Below are positions 35,101 to 49,303 of a DNA stretch of 64,000 nt, piece by piece. This stretch comes from Oculina patagonica (Eukaryota): NCBI RefSeq assembly GCF_052425735.1, contig NC_135759.1:35154001-35218000 (forward strand). Reading direction: 5' to 3'. The position numbers and the translations under genes were made by a program. The notes under the pieces were generated by a model that searched no databases, was not told where the DNA came from, and saw only the letters and a program-made list of their open reading frames with translations. Each line of letters opens with the position of its first letter. Positions within the stretch are counted from its first letter, which is position 1.

Positions 35101-36547
35101 CTGCTCTCGGCAAATTACTGTTTTCGATTTCCGTTTTAAACTTCTCAAATTTTGATCTTTCGCACTCTTCTGCAGTTTCCTTGTATTTCGCTACTGTTTT
35201 CCTGTCATTTTTGATTTAACGCGAATTAAAGGTTCAACATGTTCCGCTGCTTATTTGCCAAACTAAGTGGAGAAGGGATACTCCATCTTTTTTCCTTAAA
35301 TTTTTTACTTGAATAAACCCCGACCAACGAACTAACCGTTCAGTTGGTCTGTTCGATATACTTGGAAAGACCCTCATATGGCAGTTTTCCCTACTCTTTT
35401 CTATGCTCCAATTCGTGCAATACCTACACTTTTCTTAGGCCACTATAGGGGTACTCCCCCCCCCCCCCCACCTCCCAGCATAAATGATTTTAGTTTACTG
35501 TCTTTTGGTTTTGCAGCAGAACCCTGGGACTGCGCTGTCGTTAACATAAGTAGTGTCCAGGCCCATCGTGCTCAACCTTTCTTTTCAGCGGGCTGGACAT
35601 ATCAGGCAAGTAAAGGAGGTGTGACAACAATGACCAAGTGTATGGCCCTGGATTTATCAGCTCATGGAATCAGAGTAAACTCCATTAGTCCGGGATATAC
35701 CTGGACTGAACTGGTAAGCCTTATATCTTGCTTGTTTTCATTAAAAACTACGACAGCCTGTCAACAATTAAATTTATCTTAATCCTTCTCGAAAGTTCAA
35801 CAAGTTCAAAACTGCATTAGAATCTTGTTGTATTATTAAAACGTAAATACGACAGTTAGTCAGACAGTCTGTCGGTTAGACAGCCAGTCAGTCATTCAGT
35901 TAGTCAGTTAGTCAGTCAACCGGTCAGTCAGTTAGTCAGTTAGTCCGCGGACAGTCAGTCGGACAGTCAGACTGTCTGTCTGTCTTACTGTCTTTCATTT
36001 ATCTGTGAGTCAGTCAGTCAATCCGTCAGAGAGTTAGTCAGTCAGTCAGTCGGTCGGTCAGTCAGTCAGTCAGTCGGTCAGTCAGTCAGTCAGTCAGTCA
36101 GTCAGTCAGTCAGTCGGTCATTAAACTTGTGACGTGGTTTGTTAGTTCATTTTTTTTAAAAATAAACTACAATAAAGTCTTAACACGCGATCATGCATTT
36201 TTAATTATTAAATTGGATCTTTGTGGTGAGACTTACAATTTCAAAACTTGGTTACCAAATAAGTAGTCATAAGTAGCATTTCCAGTGCTTGTGGTATTTT
36301 TGGTTGGCATTTCAGAAATAATCTTGAAATATGTTATTTGCAGACAGGTAAAATACTAGGCGAAAGCCGGGAGAGCTATGAGCCAAACGTTTCCAAGCGA
36401 CAGATGATCGGGCGTTTCTGTGAGGCTGAAGAGGTAGCAGCAGCCATTGCCTTCCTATGCAGCAAAGATGCTTCAGCTATAACTGGCACAGACTTGCCAG
36501 TCGATGGAGGGTTATTAGCTTTAGGTCCCGAGGGAACTGGACAGTAA
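32134..36547 (+). CDS. SDR1 copy B; exons 32134-32470, 34706-34804, 35517-35713, 36344-36547
   Basis: Same motifs and splice sites as 5277-9691. Confidence 0.92.
32961..34170 (+). mobile_element. Tandem HINE-like pair, copy B
   Basis: Duplicate of 6104-7310. Confidence 0.65.
34465..34510 (-). ncRNA. Type I hammerhead ribozyme, copy B
   Basis: Identical to 7605-7650. Confidence 0.92.
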
Positions 36548-39500
36548 AAAAGGATTCACAATGACATAGAGCTGAAAGTCAGGCCGGAAACTTCTGCTTT
36601 GAGACAGATTATATTAAAAAGTATCTGTACAGACCTGACGTTAAATGTAAACTAACAGTCGTTTCTGAGCAATTTCTTAACCCAATTTTAATACTAGCAT
36701 GCCGCTTATACCCCTAGAAATCGTTTATTCCGAACTTGATTCCAAAAAATGCACGAGATTCATATCTCGTGAAGCTAGAACCTTTTGAACCACTCGGAAT
36801 TAACGTACATGATGAGTGTTATTTTATCATTTTGTAATTTTATCATCTTCTCTTATGGGAAATATTTCCCTGGTACGTCAATAATAAATACAGTATCCAG
36901 TAAGTACGACTTTTTCTTGTTGATATGAACTACGCAGTAATCATCGATTGCTAATCTCGTAGTAGTTTGATTCCATTTAAAATCGCGTGTAAAACAGTGA
37001 TGGGAATTGCTTTGGCTGATTGCGAGAAAAAGGGTTTGATGAGCGTGCATTCATTTTTTTTGGTCTATGCCTGCAAAAGTGATAATTTGGAAACCGCTCT
37101 ATGAATTTTTTTTAAAATTGGACAATCTCGAGATTCATCATCAATTGATATGGCTCGCAAGTTTCAAGGTCATTAAAACCATGTTAGGCCATCCCAATAA
37201 AACGTTTCGGTTTCCCATCGCCCCGTGTCTTGTGATGGTGGGTCGGTCGGTCGGGCAAAAAAAAAAAGAATGAACACTTAAAGGGATCTGGGTTTATTTA
37301 AGAAGCCAGGAGATGCAGAACCGAAAGATTTTGTTTCAGTTGATCTCGCTGAAAATGTTGGAACAATCGTTAATGCCCTTGGCACGAAACAGCCTTTGAA
37401 AAACTTAGTATCGATGTTAATTAAGGTTAGGAACATCACATCATAACAATTGTTGTTAATAAAACAAGATCGTGTGCTTGTAACTTCAACTACTTGCCTC
37501 TTTGACTAGTGAATCTGGAATTTTTTTTTACATTTCGAAAAAAAAAAGGGTCGGTCGTGCGATGGGAAACGAAACATTTTATTGAGATGGCCTAAGGCAA
37601 TAAAATTGGGCCTCCAATGTTTCCAAGTGAGTGTCCTCATTATTCACGGCTATTGTTTCAGCTTTTATATCCACGTCCGATGCCTTACACTTCCTTTACA
37701 AACAATATAAACTTTACCTTTTAAACACCCAATTCTACTTTTCTGCATAATTTGTTTGTATTTTGCAAATAGCTTATTTACGATTGATTCCATCCTCGGA
37801 GACCCAGAGGCAGTTAGCGGGGGCGAGGGAAACGCTAAACTTCGAGAAAAAAAGTTCGGCATAGAAAAGTTGGAGTGAATGAAAGGTGCCCCTGGGGAAA
37901 GAGTTTTTACCAGGCCAGTTCCAAACAGCTTTCTGAATACTGCCTCCTGATTGGGCAGAAAAGTTCTTTGTATTCCCTTTGTATTATTCTGCCCTATCGG
38001 CGGCCTGCAGGTCTGCAGTCCATTTTACTCAGGCGATTGCAGGCTTTTCCCGCTCTTTTCTTTCTTCTCTCTCTCCTCTATATTATCCCCAAGCGGGAGA
38101 GACTATTCGCTGGCTATCGGTCAAATCTGAAGCTACATGCTGTACGTCAAAATTCTCGGGAATTAATTCTTTTTCATTTAAATCAACTGCCCAGAAGTTT
38201 AGCCGGTGAGCCTCTCTGGGTGAACAGGGGCAGTTCCAGGAATTCCTAAAGGGGGGGGGGGGGGGGGGGGGGGTACACCTTCAATAGGTTCAACGTCATG
38301 TGCGTGGATGGCGAGCGTCGAGGGCGCGATCTTCTATGGGAGTCGGGGAGGCATACTCCCCGAGGAATTATTTTTCCGATTTTACCATCTAAAACGCCAT
38401 TTCCAGCATTCCTGAGGCTCGAAAAGCGTTTGTGAAGGCATGAAGTAAAATCTGGAGGCTACCTTATTTTTTAACCAGAAAACCAAAAATAATAATGCAT
38501 GATGAAAAGGGATAGCCGTATCAACTACAGTTAATTGTCGTTTTTCTATGTGCTTCGTTGATCGACCAATGTAGCTTAAGAGATTCTTCTTGGATGAGCT
38601 ATTTCAATGCCCTTTCATATCTCTCTTCTATCTCGAATCTCTCAGAGTAATGCACAGCAATAACAGCGAAATCGGAGAAGCGCTCTTGAAACAGTTTCAT
38701 GGGCAAAAAGGACTGCTCAGCATCCGCACTACTGATTGCTAGAATGCATGCAATGCGGAAAAGGCGATGGTGTTTGGAAAAGCATTCTCGTCACTGGCAC
38801 CAAGGGCTAGTACAAAATTGCTTGGAAGTTCCTTCTCTGTTGACTGCCAATTGTCAGCGTAGCAAATAAAAGCAACGATGGACACACTTTGAGTTAAAGA
38901 ATTGCTCGGGAACCGAGGCTATTCACTCGTTAAATAAAGTTGATTATTATTATCATAAACGTTTCTTGCTTGAGATTATATAACCTGCCTTTATAAAACC
39001 CGAAAGATAGTTTTCCGTTCGGGGTCCTTTTAAAAGAAAGAGAGTCAATGCGAAGCCGGGATGCATTAATGCTTTGAAAAACTGATCATGAAGACACGAA
39101 GTTCAAGGAAATTAGAAAGGGAGAGAGATAAAACGAGAAAGAAACACTACCACAAAACACTACCGCCTAAACACTACCACAAGAACTCCTGCAAGGCTCC
39201 AGATAAACAGAAAGAGTAATTTTGCGCAATGATTCCTGTAACGACAGCTTGGGTTGCCTTTAGGATGCTGTCCGTTAGGGAGTTATGACTTTTATGTTCC
39301 AACCCCTTCCCTCCCAAAGGGCATTGAACATCGAAGTCTCGAGCTAAAGGATGTTGCAATATCCATTCATTCACTGCGCTCTAAAAATGTTAAAGGTGTA
39401 TAGTATATAAAAGGGTAAAGGTTTAGACTTCGGGCAGAACCGACTATTAGGCAAACTAAATCTGATTGACTATGATTATGGGTTTCTGCTATGATTAACA

Positions 39501-40034
39501 ATTATTCCACGAGCGTGCGTTAGATATGATTGGTAGATAGCCAAAGAGGCGCATAGCGCCGAGACCGAGTTGGCTATAACGATCTCATATCCAGCAAGCG
39601 CGAGTGGAATAACTGTTTTATTAAAAACGCCTCAAGAATTGACCAATATTTGAGCTCACCAGCTGTTTTCGTTGACGTGTATCGGCTACCATATTTGTGG
39701 TCAATGGTATATGAGCTCATATACCATTGCCTGTTAACCAATCAAAATGCAGGAATTGCAATATACCATTACTAGTTTTTAATAATTTTCGATACACTGC
39801 CCTGGGAATGTGCATGCACAAGTATAATTGCCCAAAACCAAAAAAAAAAAGAAAATCCAAATCCAAAACATGAATAAACCACTTCCACTGAACTTTTTCT
39901 CGAATATATCAGTCTCTGGTTCATGCTAAACTGTCTTGCTAGACTGTCTTGCTCTCGGCTTGTGTCTTCTTTTGATAGTCGACTCAGGGCTTTACCCCCT
40001 CATCCACTATCAGCCGACAGAATCTATTTTTCTT

Positions 40035-42304
40035 TTATTTTCCAACTCCCTCGGGACCTAAAGCCAAATATCCTCCATCGACTGCCAAGTCTGTGCCAGT
40101 TATAGCTGAAGCATCTTTGCTGCACAGAAAGGTGATGGCTGCTGCTACCTCCTCAGGCTCACAGAAACGCCCGATCATCTGTCGCTTGGCAACATTTGGC
40201 TCATAGCTCTTCCGGCTTTCACCCAGAACTCTTTCTGCCTGCAAAATAATATGTCAAGATCATTTTTTAAATGTCGGCCAGAAATACCAATAAGCACTTG
40301 TCTGCTTGTATTTGGCAACCTTAGCTTCCAAAATTGGGAATTCAATATTGATGGTATAAGTTGCCTATTTTGTGTTTCAGTCTCACCACAGAGCCCAAAC
40401 TACTCCAAAATGTATGATCGCGAGTAGTAAGTTGGGATCTACGGGTCACTATATTTTAGTTTATTTGACAATTGAACTAACAAAATGCGTCCAGTTTAAT
40501 GACTGACTGACAGACAGACTGTCTGACTGACCAACCAACTGACTGAATATGACTGAATGTCTGACTGACCAATTGCAGTGACTGACTGAATAACACACTG
40601 ACTTTCGCTGACTAATCAAATGCAATTTTGCAGCAATTTTTTAGTAGGATTTGGATAAATTGAGGCCCTGCCAGGGTAAATTCCGACAAGCGACATGGCC
40701 CAAAAAGTAGTGACAGCAAATCAAATCAAATCGCGACAAACGACAACCCTTTTGGAAAAATTTAAATTCCGACAATGACAAGTAATTTTCCTTCAATTTT
40801 ACTAGCGACAGCAACGCGAAGTTTGATAAAACAATGACACGGCGCATTTTTATATTTAGACAAGCAACACGGCAACCCCCCCCCCAGTAGCAAAAGCAGT
40901 AGCAAAAGGTCAATCAACCAACCTGATGAGTATGTTAAAATTTAAATCATTCTTGCACTTCTAGCCTGCATAGCAGTCGTTTCCTTTCCAAGAGTGCACG
41001 AGGTGCCCTGTAAAGCTTAAGACAAAGTCGAGCCAGAGCATGCCGTCTCCGTCTCGTGCCCAAGATTTCATGTGCCTCTTGCCTTGATCTCGAAAAGGAA
41101 ACATGGGTCTGCTACACACACAGGGTGTATGCGCTTCTACAACACTGAGTTGACACAAAACAACAAGCACATGGCCATGCAGTAAGGTACCTTTTGTCAT
41201 AAATGGGTAACAGGCTTGCACCATGTTGGAATAACCAATGAGATTTATACCCAAAAGTCTATCCCAGTCTTTCTTTGAAGAATCCAGACCTGTGAATAGA
41301 TAGAGGGTCATCTCTTATTACTTATATCATCTTCAAATACTGTCATTTATAAGGGCACGTCACCAAAACCCTTTTTAAAAAAACACCAGCAAATAAACTG
41401 TAACTGAAAAAGAATTTCCTTTCCAGTTTTGTTTTACCCCCCCTTTTATACATATTTGTTCTTCGTAATTTTTCTTTCTTCCTTTTAGATGTAATTCAGG
41501 GACGACGGAACATTTTTCCAAGTGGGGGGCTGACTAGTGACGGAAGAGGCCCCCCTTCTAATTTCAACTCAAGTGTAGAAATCGGCTAGTCCCTCCGTCA
41601 TTTTATTTTCTGCTGGTCTTTGGAAACTAAGTAAAGATAAAAATTTAACATGTTTTGACCTGTTTTTAAAATGTGTATAAACTCGGCTCCTCATTGCGTG
41701 ACTTCACGTGACACTCAATATTCAGCTGGATTTTAAAAGTTGCAGTGTGAATCCAGTGTATTCTGTATCCGGGAACCTTACAAACGAGAGAAGAAGGAAA
41801 AGAATTCCCCTTCCTGTTAGCTCCTTGAATAAATTTTGTTGACTTTTATAGAAATTGGCCCAGTTTTGTTGGTTCAAGTTCAGTTCAATGGTTCAGTTTT
41901 AATAGTCCCGAACAGTATTAAACAATATCATGATAATATGATTACGTACGGACTCCGGTATTCTTACCCTTACAAGGCGCGCTAATGGCTGCGTTGTTCA
42001 CCAGAAAATGTATTTTTCCCTCATGATCTTCAGCAACTTTCTTAACTCCTTGTACACACTGCTCTTTATCTGCCACATCCACTTTGTAGAACTTCACATG
42101 GTATCCAGAAGCTGTAAGTTCATCCTGAAGTTTTTTACCGTCTGGTTCGTTGATATCAAACACGGCTACTGCAGCTCCATCATTGACAAATCTTTTAACA
42201 GTAGCTCGTCCGATCCCCGATGATCCACCAGTTATAATGGACACCTTGTTAGCAAATCGACCTTTCGTGTACTGTGAGTCAAGCGGAGGGTTTGATTGAG
42301 CCAT
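40035..42304 (-). pseudogene. SDR2 copy B lacking the catalytic exon; exons 42304-41968, 41289-41191, 40238-40035
   Basis: Duplicate of 13174-15442; exon 3 is also absent here. Confidence 0.8.
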
Positions 42305-42682
42305 TCCTGACGGGGTTCACTGCAACTTTGATCTCAAGTGTCACTGAGTGCCATCTCCCGTGTTACGTCATGCATTCTGGCCCTCTTCTGTCACGCAACG
42401 CTATCTTCTCAGGATGGGGTTTCCAAAGTACATAGGCGTTTTTCTGCAATCCTACGCCTTGGGATAGACACATAGAAAATGTGTAATTTTAATAATTATC
42501 GGAATGGACTTCTGTTCTGTTGGGCAGCCGCTGCGACAATCTTGAAAGCGCTGAAAGCGGTCATGCCCTAGGGACAAGCTTGTAACTTGCGACCGGGTAA
42601 GGCTTGGGTCCCAGTAAAACTGGAAGCGAAAGCGAAGCGAAAAGCGAGGGACGAGGGAAGTGCGAACTTTGAAGAATCAAAC

Positions 42683-45600
42683 ATGTACAAACAATTTTTT
42701 AGGCTTCGAGGCTTCAAAGTTGCACAGAACTTCGCAGTTGTTATTGAAGTGAAGAAGAAATCCTTAAAGTGTCTTTCTACATCCCGAGTTAATCGCGATG
42801 GGAAGTCAAACAAAACAACAGCGTTGAACTTTCTTCATAGGACGTTTGCCTTACCAAGTGACTATTTCATAAGAAAATCTACTGGAATGGAACCCTGTAA
42901 ATTTGAAGGAAAAATTCACGTTGTAAAAGATGAGGAAGACGAACGACGGTTAGTACAAGATGGTGAAGTTTGTAAGGATTTTGAGAAGCAGGAAGCTCTT
43001 GGTATGGATATAGAATATTCTAATGACTCTCCACTCCAAAGAATATGTTTAATTCAACTGGCCTCAAAGGAAAATGCTGTTTTGTGGACATGTAATCAGG
43101 GCAATTTTCGTGATAAACTTCCTCCGTATCTGTTGTCCATCATCAAAGGTGAAGTTTTGAAGGTAAGTAAAGTTAGTAAATAAACGTGCTCAGATGTCTT
43201 TTTCAACTGAGATAGTGGATATTGGATAAATTTATTTATCCAATATTTATTTGGTAGTCAGTACTAGCAGATACTTCTACATATATCAGGGATCATGTTT
43301 ACTATGGGTATTCTTGTCCGATATGTTGGTCATTATATCAGTCGACAGTCAGTTAACACATTGACCAATAGTCCGCCGATAGTGGGTGGCAACACTTGGT
43401 CAATAGTCGGTGGACATATTGGTTTATTATTGGCCGAGTGTTGGTAGACTATTGGCTGAGTGTAAATCCCTAAAATTTACTACGAGGGTGTGCTGCTGAG
43501 TCGCTGAGACTCTGGACCTGTTCCAGAATTTGCAACCCTGTTCCATACAAACATTGCAAAATAGGTACCCTGTTCCAGACAATATCCACAATGTAAATAT
43601 ATGTAGATAGATATAAAAACACTGGCGTATATCACAAAGCGCTCAATTGACTTCGTCTGTGGCTCAGAGATAAAGTGATGAGAGGAGCGGAGTTTCATAG
43701 CTAAACTTGATCGTGTTTAATCAGGATTCTGGGAAAAGAATAGACCCTGTTCCAAAGTCAAAAGGCTGAATTCTATACCCTGTTCCAGAGTCAGAGAGAC
43801 AAAAAGCATACCCTGTCGAGTGGCACATACCCATATAGCCATTATATGGGAGTACCCCCCGGGGTGTAAATTGACTATCTGCTGACACTGACAGACCATC
43901 GACAGACTATCGGCTTCCGACACTGAGTGTCAAGCGACCATAGGCTGACTCTCAATAGTCGGTCTATATATATCGGTTGATTATCACAAGCATGGGACAA
44001 AGAGAAAAATTTGAGTCCCTGATGGGAACAAACCCATGACCTCCCAAACAGGGGTGTCTTCCGGAAAATTGATCATACGCGGTTTCTTTTTTCAAAACCT
44101 TGGAAAAGTATATATCACTGAAAAGCTAATAAAATGTAGAATCTAAAGAAATAATTATTTTAAAGATTAGGTCTAATGGTAAGCTCGCGCAAGCCTTAAA
44201 CCGCAACACTGACGATGTTTGCTAAATTGAATTACCTGCTTTCGTGTTTGCACGTACGACCAAACAAACTGCACAGTGTCAATCAGCAGGTAATGGACTA
44301 CAAAAGTGTGTGAGGCTTTTTGGATATTCCTATTGGTTGCTGAGAAAATCTATTGTAAACTCAAATAGAATATTTGCCGATCTTCGTCACATAAGAAGGT
44401 GTCACATAAGAAGGGGGGTGAGCATTCTATCCACAGAGCTACAGAGAGACTCATGACTCAAGGCCATCAAGTGCATGTAGGTTCACATGAGGCACGTGTC
44501 CTTCATACTGCTAGGACTGAGATTTCTAGCCTGGTTTCAAAAACCAGGCTGGAAATCTAAGCCCGGGCAAAATGTCGACAGCATATTGTATGAGGACTCA
44601 GATTTTTTGTTTGTCCCACGCTGAATGAACATTACATCTTTCTTGTTTCACTACCAAGTTTAAAATTTATCATCCTTCCTTATTTATCACAGTATAAAGT
44701 TTTTGTTTGGCTCTTTCTTGGTGTAGGTGGGCCATGACTTAGCTCATGATGTTGTGTTACTTCAAAAGCATTATGGAGAGTGTATAAACAACATAGTGGA
44801 CACCCTCACTTGGGCAAAAGAAATGAACTGTGACCCATTAAACTTGAGAGCAATGTGTGCTATTTTTCTTCATCAACGACTCTCCAAACTTCTTCAGCAA
44901 TCTGACTGGTCAAAAGAAGATTTGACTGAAAAACAACTTCACTATGCTGCTACAGATGCATGGGCATCACTCAGAGTCTATGAGGAAATGAAAAGGTGAA
45001 TTGTAAAATACATTATTCTTTCTTTGAAACTAATCTCATGAGTTGAACCTCCTTGGGTTTTCCAAAAGAGCTAGCAAGTTATGCACTGTAGCGCTTTTGC
45101 ACTTAGAAAGGTAGAACTTTCTTTCTTGATCCAAGGGGGAGGGAGAGGGGCATTTTTTTTTTTTACCTTTGTTCCTTGTGTTTTTCAGCAAAATGTGACA
45201 AGGGGGAGGGGGAGGGGTTATCTGCCTGGTCCTCTCCCCTTAGGTCTTGACTGCTGACAAGGGAGGAGCATTTGTCTGCAAGTTAAAGACAATTTGAGAC
45301 AAGAACGTAGACGTAACTAAAGCAGACGCAAAAAAGACCAGGAAAAATGTTTGGTTTCGATGGCAGGGATACAAACTTATAGCGACATTGAATGGTCTTT
45401 GCGAGCATTTTTCTTTGTGAGCACAAGTATTGTTAAAGGTTAGCCTTGCGAGTAATGAGCACTCTTCAGAAAGCTGCCTCCACTAAAAAGCGAGCAAGTG
45501 AGCACTTGTAAAAATATGTGACTACGAGCAAACAAGCATCCATTAAAATTTTGCGAGCATTTTGAGCAGAAACCTAATTTTGCGAACACTGCAAAATTTT

Positions 45601-45984
45601 GGAGGGCAATTCTGATCCTTAATTATGAAGGGGAGAGAATGGTAATGACAATGTTTCAGTACCTGTTTTAAATCAACTTGAGCAGTTGAGACTGATTGAG
45701 TTTATTTTTTTGTCTTTTATGCTCTATAAAGATATTTACCGGTACATTTGGGTGAATAAAATCTAATTTTTCTGCTTTGTTTCTCTTGAAACAGGACAAC
45801 TGAAGTAATTGGTATGCCTCTTTCTTTACCGCTGAAATCAACTTTGGATGTGTTTCAGTTAAGACAGGCAGTTAAGACTGATAGAAACAGAAGAAAACGT
45901 AGAAGAGAAAGTGAAAGAAAAAAGGCATTGAGTGAAATGAGAATAGCACAGGAAAAAGCAGAAGTCTCTGAAAATCTGGCTTAA
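42683..45984 (+). CDS. WRN/EXD-like 3'-5' exonuclease copy B; exons 42683-43162, 44727-44995, 45795-45984
   Basis: Duplicate of 15822-19122. Confidence 0.85.
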
Positions 45985-48130
45985 CCCGATTACTTCATTG
46001 GACATGTGTTGGTACATTATTCCAAGAATACGTGCTACTTTATCTTTCAGTAACACGCGAATTTTGAAGTGAAAACCCAACTAACGACTGCATTTTGGCT
46101 TCTGCTTCATAATATGGTGCCAACCGAATTTGAAAAACAGAAACAATCAAAATGGATCAATATCTACCAATCACAACCAACAATCATGACCTTTTGAATC
46201 AGTTGAAGTTAACTTTGATTCCCGAGAGGTCTGCTTAGATGATTGACTTACGCAGGCTAATGATTGACTGCAGCAAAAATGTAACTGCTGGTTGAGCAGA
46301 GTTTGTGTTTATTGAAAGGTGCAGTAATGAGTTTTTGTCAAGCTGAATTTGATAGGACTACTTTTTTCGGAATGTGGAGGGAAGGTTGCACAGTATCTGA
46401 GGTTGCCCAATAAAAATTAAAACCACATTTTTGATTAGAAACTTGTCTTTACTTTTTTGCTATACAAACATAAGAAAGATAAAAGTAAACCAAAATAATT
46501 TTGGACACTTGAAGATGGAGAGTTGTTGTTTCTGGGAGAGAATCCACTCAAGGAAAAAGATGGTGGTTGTAAATTTTACTACAATACCTTGCGAACCTAA
46601 CACAGCCAATAGTCGCATGGAAAGCCACCCAGGGTCACCCTGCCCCCCAAGCCAAATTTTCGATTTCTCATATAAACGGTTCGCAGCTATCTATAAAGAA
46701 ACTTATGAAAAGTTATCTTGTGATTTGTTTTGCAACCTAACCTAACCCTAACCTCTCACCCTAACCCTTACCAACCCTAACCCTAAGGGCTCGGTATGGA
46801 GGGATACCCTCATACTAGGGACAACTCTTCTCCATGTAAACAGGTCCTTTTAGGGTTAGCAGGTGGAAAGAGGAGAGCTTGCACAGACCTCTCAGCCTTT
46901 TAAATGTGGCCTCTCAAAACCCACACGGTTTCCGGCTGTTTCATGATCACTCAATGAGCCGTCAAATTTTGGCCAACCAGTGCAAATCAAAACTTAAAAG
47001 ATCAAATCGAAAAACATCACTATGAACAGTTTTACAACAACGCAGATGGATGATTTGTTATCCTGTGCAAAGGTTTGCATATCTAAATTACGATACAAAC
47101 TGAATCTCAAGGTCTCCCATCTCAAGATGAAGAAAGATGAACAACGTGTGAAGTTTTACACTCACTCTTGCAGATGAGGAAATTTGGGATGTTTAACTAA
47201 GTAAGTGTATGGATCACTTTAATGCGACGGATGTGACTTAAGAAACACCAAAACTAACGTTATCTTCACGGCTTGGTCATGGATTGTGCCTTGCCTTGCC
47301 TCAGTAAGTCAAATGACATTATACAAGGAAATCGTATCCTTACAGCTTGCTGCGCTTGTGACTCTGTTTTAATACCGTCCTTTTGTATGTCATCGTGAGA
47401 CCGTGAGGTTGAATTGCGCGACATTTAAATGACATTTTTTTCTTAAAAGGCTGAGGTATACACATGGCAAATCACGCGACACCGGCAGGTATTTTTCGAT
47501 GGTTGCAGGTTGAAAGACTTGAAACAAGCCGTTTATTTGAGTTACCTGAACCTGCCGATCACCTTGCAACCTTGCTTGCGTGACCAGGGAGTCTCACCAT
47601 CAACCAACTCGCCACCAAGCGAAGTCACTTCCCCACGCTTAAAGAATGAAAAATATTCAGGGTTTTCACTCCTTCTCTTGGTGGAGAGATGACCGGATAC
47701 CGCAGCAACCTGCAACCTGCAAAAAATACCTGCCCTTGGGTTACTTACAAGCGTTACAATGCCGTTACAATTCATCAAGAACACTTCCAAGGCCAGCGGT
47801 TTTCCATAGGAACAAATCCAACATGGCTGCTCTTTGTTGGCTAAATTGAGTTGGAAATCCACCAAAGAAAAGCGGGGTAACACCAAGAAAATGTCTTCAG
47901 TCGTCAACGATTCCGTTACAGCAAATCCAATATCACTGGTGCGCGTATAAATGCCCGTTCTCCAATGCGTTTATACGTGTCTTCGAGAACGTGTACAGGA
48001 GCACGAAATCGAGCAAAAAAAGAAAAAAAGCAAACAAGCCAGAACGGGACAATAAGACACGCCCCCATGTACAGCTTCCACTATATAAAGGAAGACTTAG
48101 AACAACTTGTTAGTTGAAGAAACCATCAAA

Positions 48131-49303
48131 ATGGCTGCTTCAGAAAGTGGGGTCGTGGCAAAAGCAGCAAACCAATTCGCTGTTGATCTTCATAAATGCC
48201 TCGCAGATGGCAATGAATTTGCCAGAGAAAACCTGTTCTATTCTCCTGCAAGTCTCCTCATTGCTCTTGCGATGACATCTTATGGAGCGAGGGGAAATAC
48301 TGCTGCAGAAATATTGAAAGTTCTCCATGTTGCTTCAGTTTCGTCAGCTGACCTCAACGAGAGCATGAAGAACTTCATTGACGCCATAAATGGAGCAAGC
48401 GACGAGGATAACAAGCTGCTTACAGCAAACAGGCTGTTTGTCCAAAAGAGCTTTGAAATCCTGGAAGCCTTTAAAGAAGGAACACGCGAGTATTACGATG
48501 CAGAACTCGCTCTGGTTGACTACATTACAAATGTGGAGAAAGCCAGAGAAGAGATCAACCGCTGGGTGGAAGAGAAAACAAATGACAAGATCAAAGATCT
48601 TATTCCTTCTGGAATGCTGAGCTCAGACACAAGGCTGACCCTAGTAAATGCTATTTACTTCAAAGGCTTGTGGCTTGACAAATTCAAGAAGGAAGCAACA
48701 TTTCCTGGGTCGTTCTTTGTGTCCCAGAATGAAGAGATCAAGGTCCAAATGATGCACCAGAAAGCTAATTTCAAGTATTCTAAATCAGAGAAGCTGGCTT
48801 GCCAAATACTTGAAATGCCGTACACTGGCAAAAAGATGTCTATGGTAATCTATCTCCCTAATGAAACCCAAGGCCTTGCCAAGTTGGAAGAAAAGATGAC
48901 CTATGACAACCTTCATGAGTCTCTTTCCTTGCTTGATGAGTCAGTCTTGATGGACGAGGTGGAAGTGTTCTTGCCAAAATTTAAGCTGACTCAGCAGTTT
49001 GACCTCAACAACATCTTGACCAAGATGGGAGCCAAAGAGATGTTTATTCCTGGTAAAGCCGACCTCTCTGGTATCTCAACTGAGCCACTGTTTGTCTCCA
49101 AGGTGGTTCACAAGGCCTTTGTCGAGGTGAATGAGGAGGGTACTGAGGCGGCAGCAGCTACTGGTGTTGGTGTGAATTTGACGAGCTTTCACCCAACGCC
49201 AACATTCAAAGCTGACCACCCTTTTCTGTTTCTCATTCGGCACAACAGCTCTGGTGCCATATTGTTCCTGGGCCGTCTCATGAAGCCATCTCATGGAGAA
49301 TAA
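48131..49303 (+). CDS. Serpin copy B (divergent allele or paralogue)
   Basis: Full serpin ORF with 8 amino-acid differences from copy A in the provided translations. Confidence 0.96.
   Translation: MAASESGVVAKAANQFAVDLHKCLADGNEFARENLFYSPASLLIALAMTSYGARGNTAAEILKVLHVASVSSADLNESMKNFIDAINGASDEDNKLLTANRLFVQKSFEILEAFKEGTREYYDAELALVDYITNVEKAREEINRWVEEKTNDKIKDLIPSGMLSSDTRLTLVNAIYFKGLWLDKFKKEATFPGSFFVSQNEEIKVQMMHQKANFKYSKSEKLACQILEMPYTGKKMSMVIYLPNETQGLAKLEEKMTYDNLHESLSLLDESVLMDEVEVFLPKFKLTQQFDLNNILTKMGAKEMFIPGKADLSGISTEPLFVSKVVHKAFVEVNEEGTEAAAATGVGVNLTSFHPTPTFKADHPFLFLIRHNSSGAILFLGRLMKPSHGE

Noticed and set aside
42587-42682. N-terminal extension of the exonuclease in copy B, implying a frameshift in copy A
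   Set aside because: The extension begins at TTG with no in-frame ATG, and the 1-nt indel lies in a GCGAAA repeat upstream of the first ATG.
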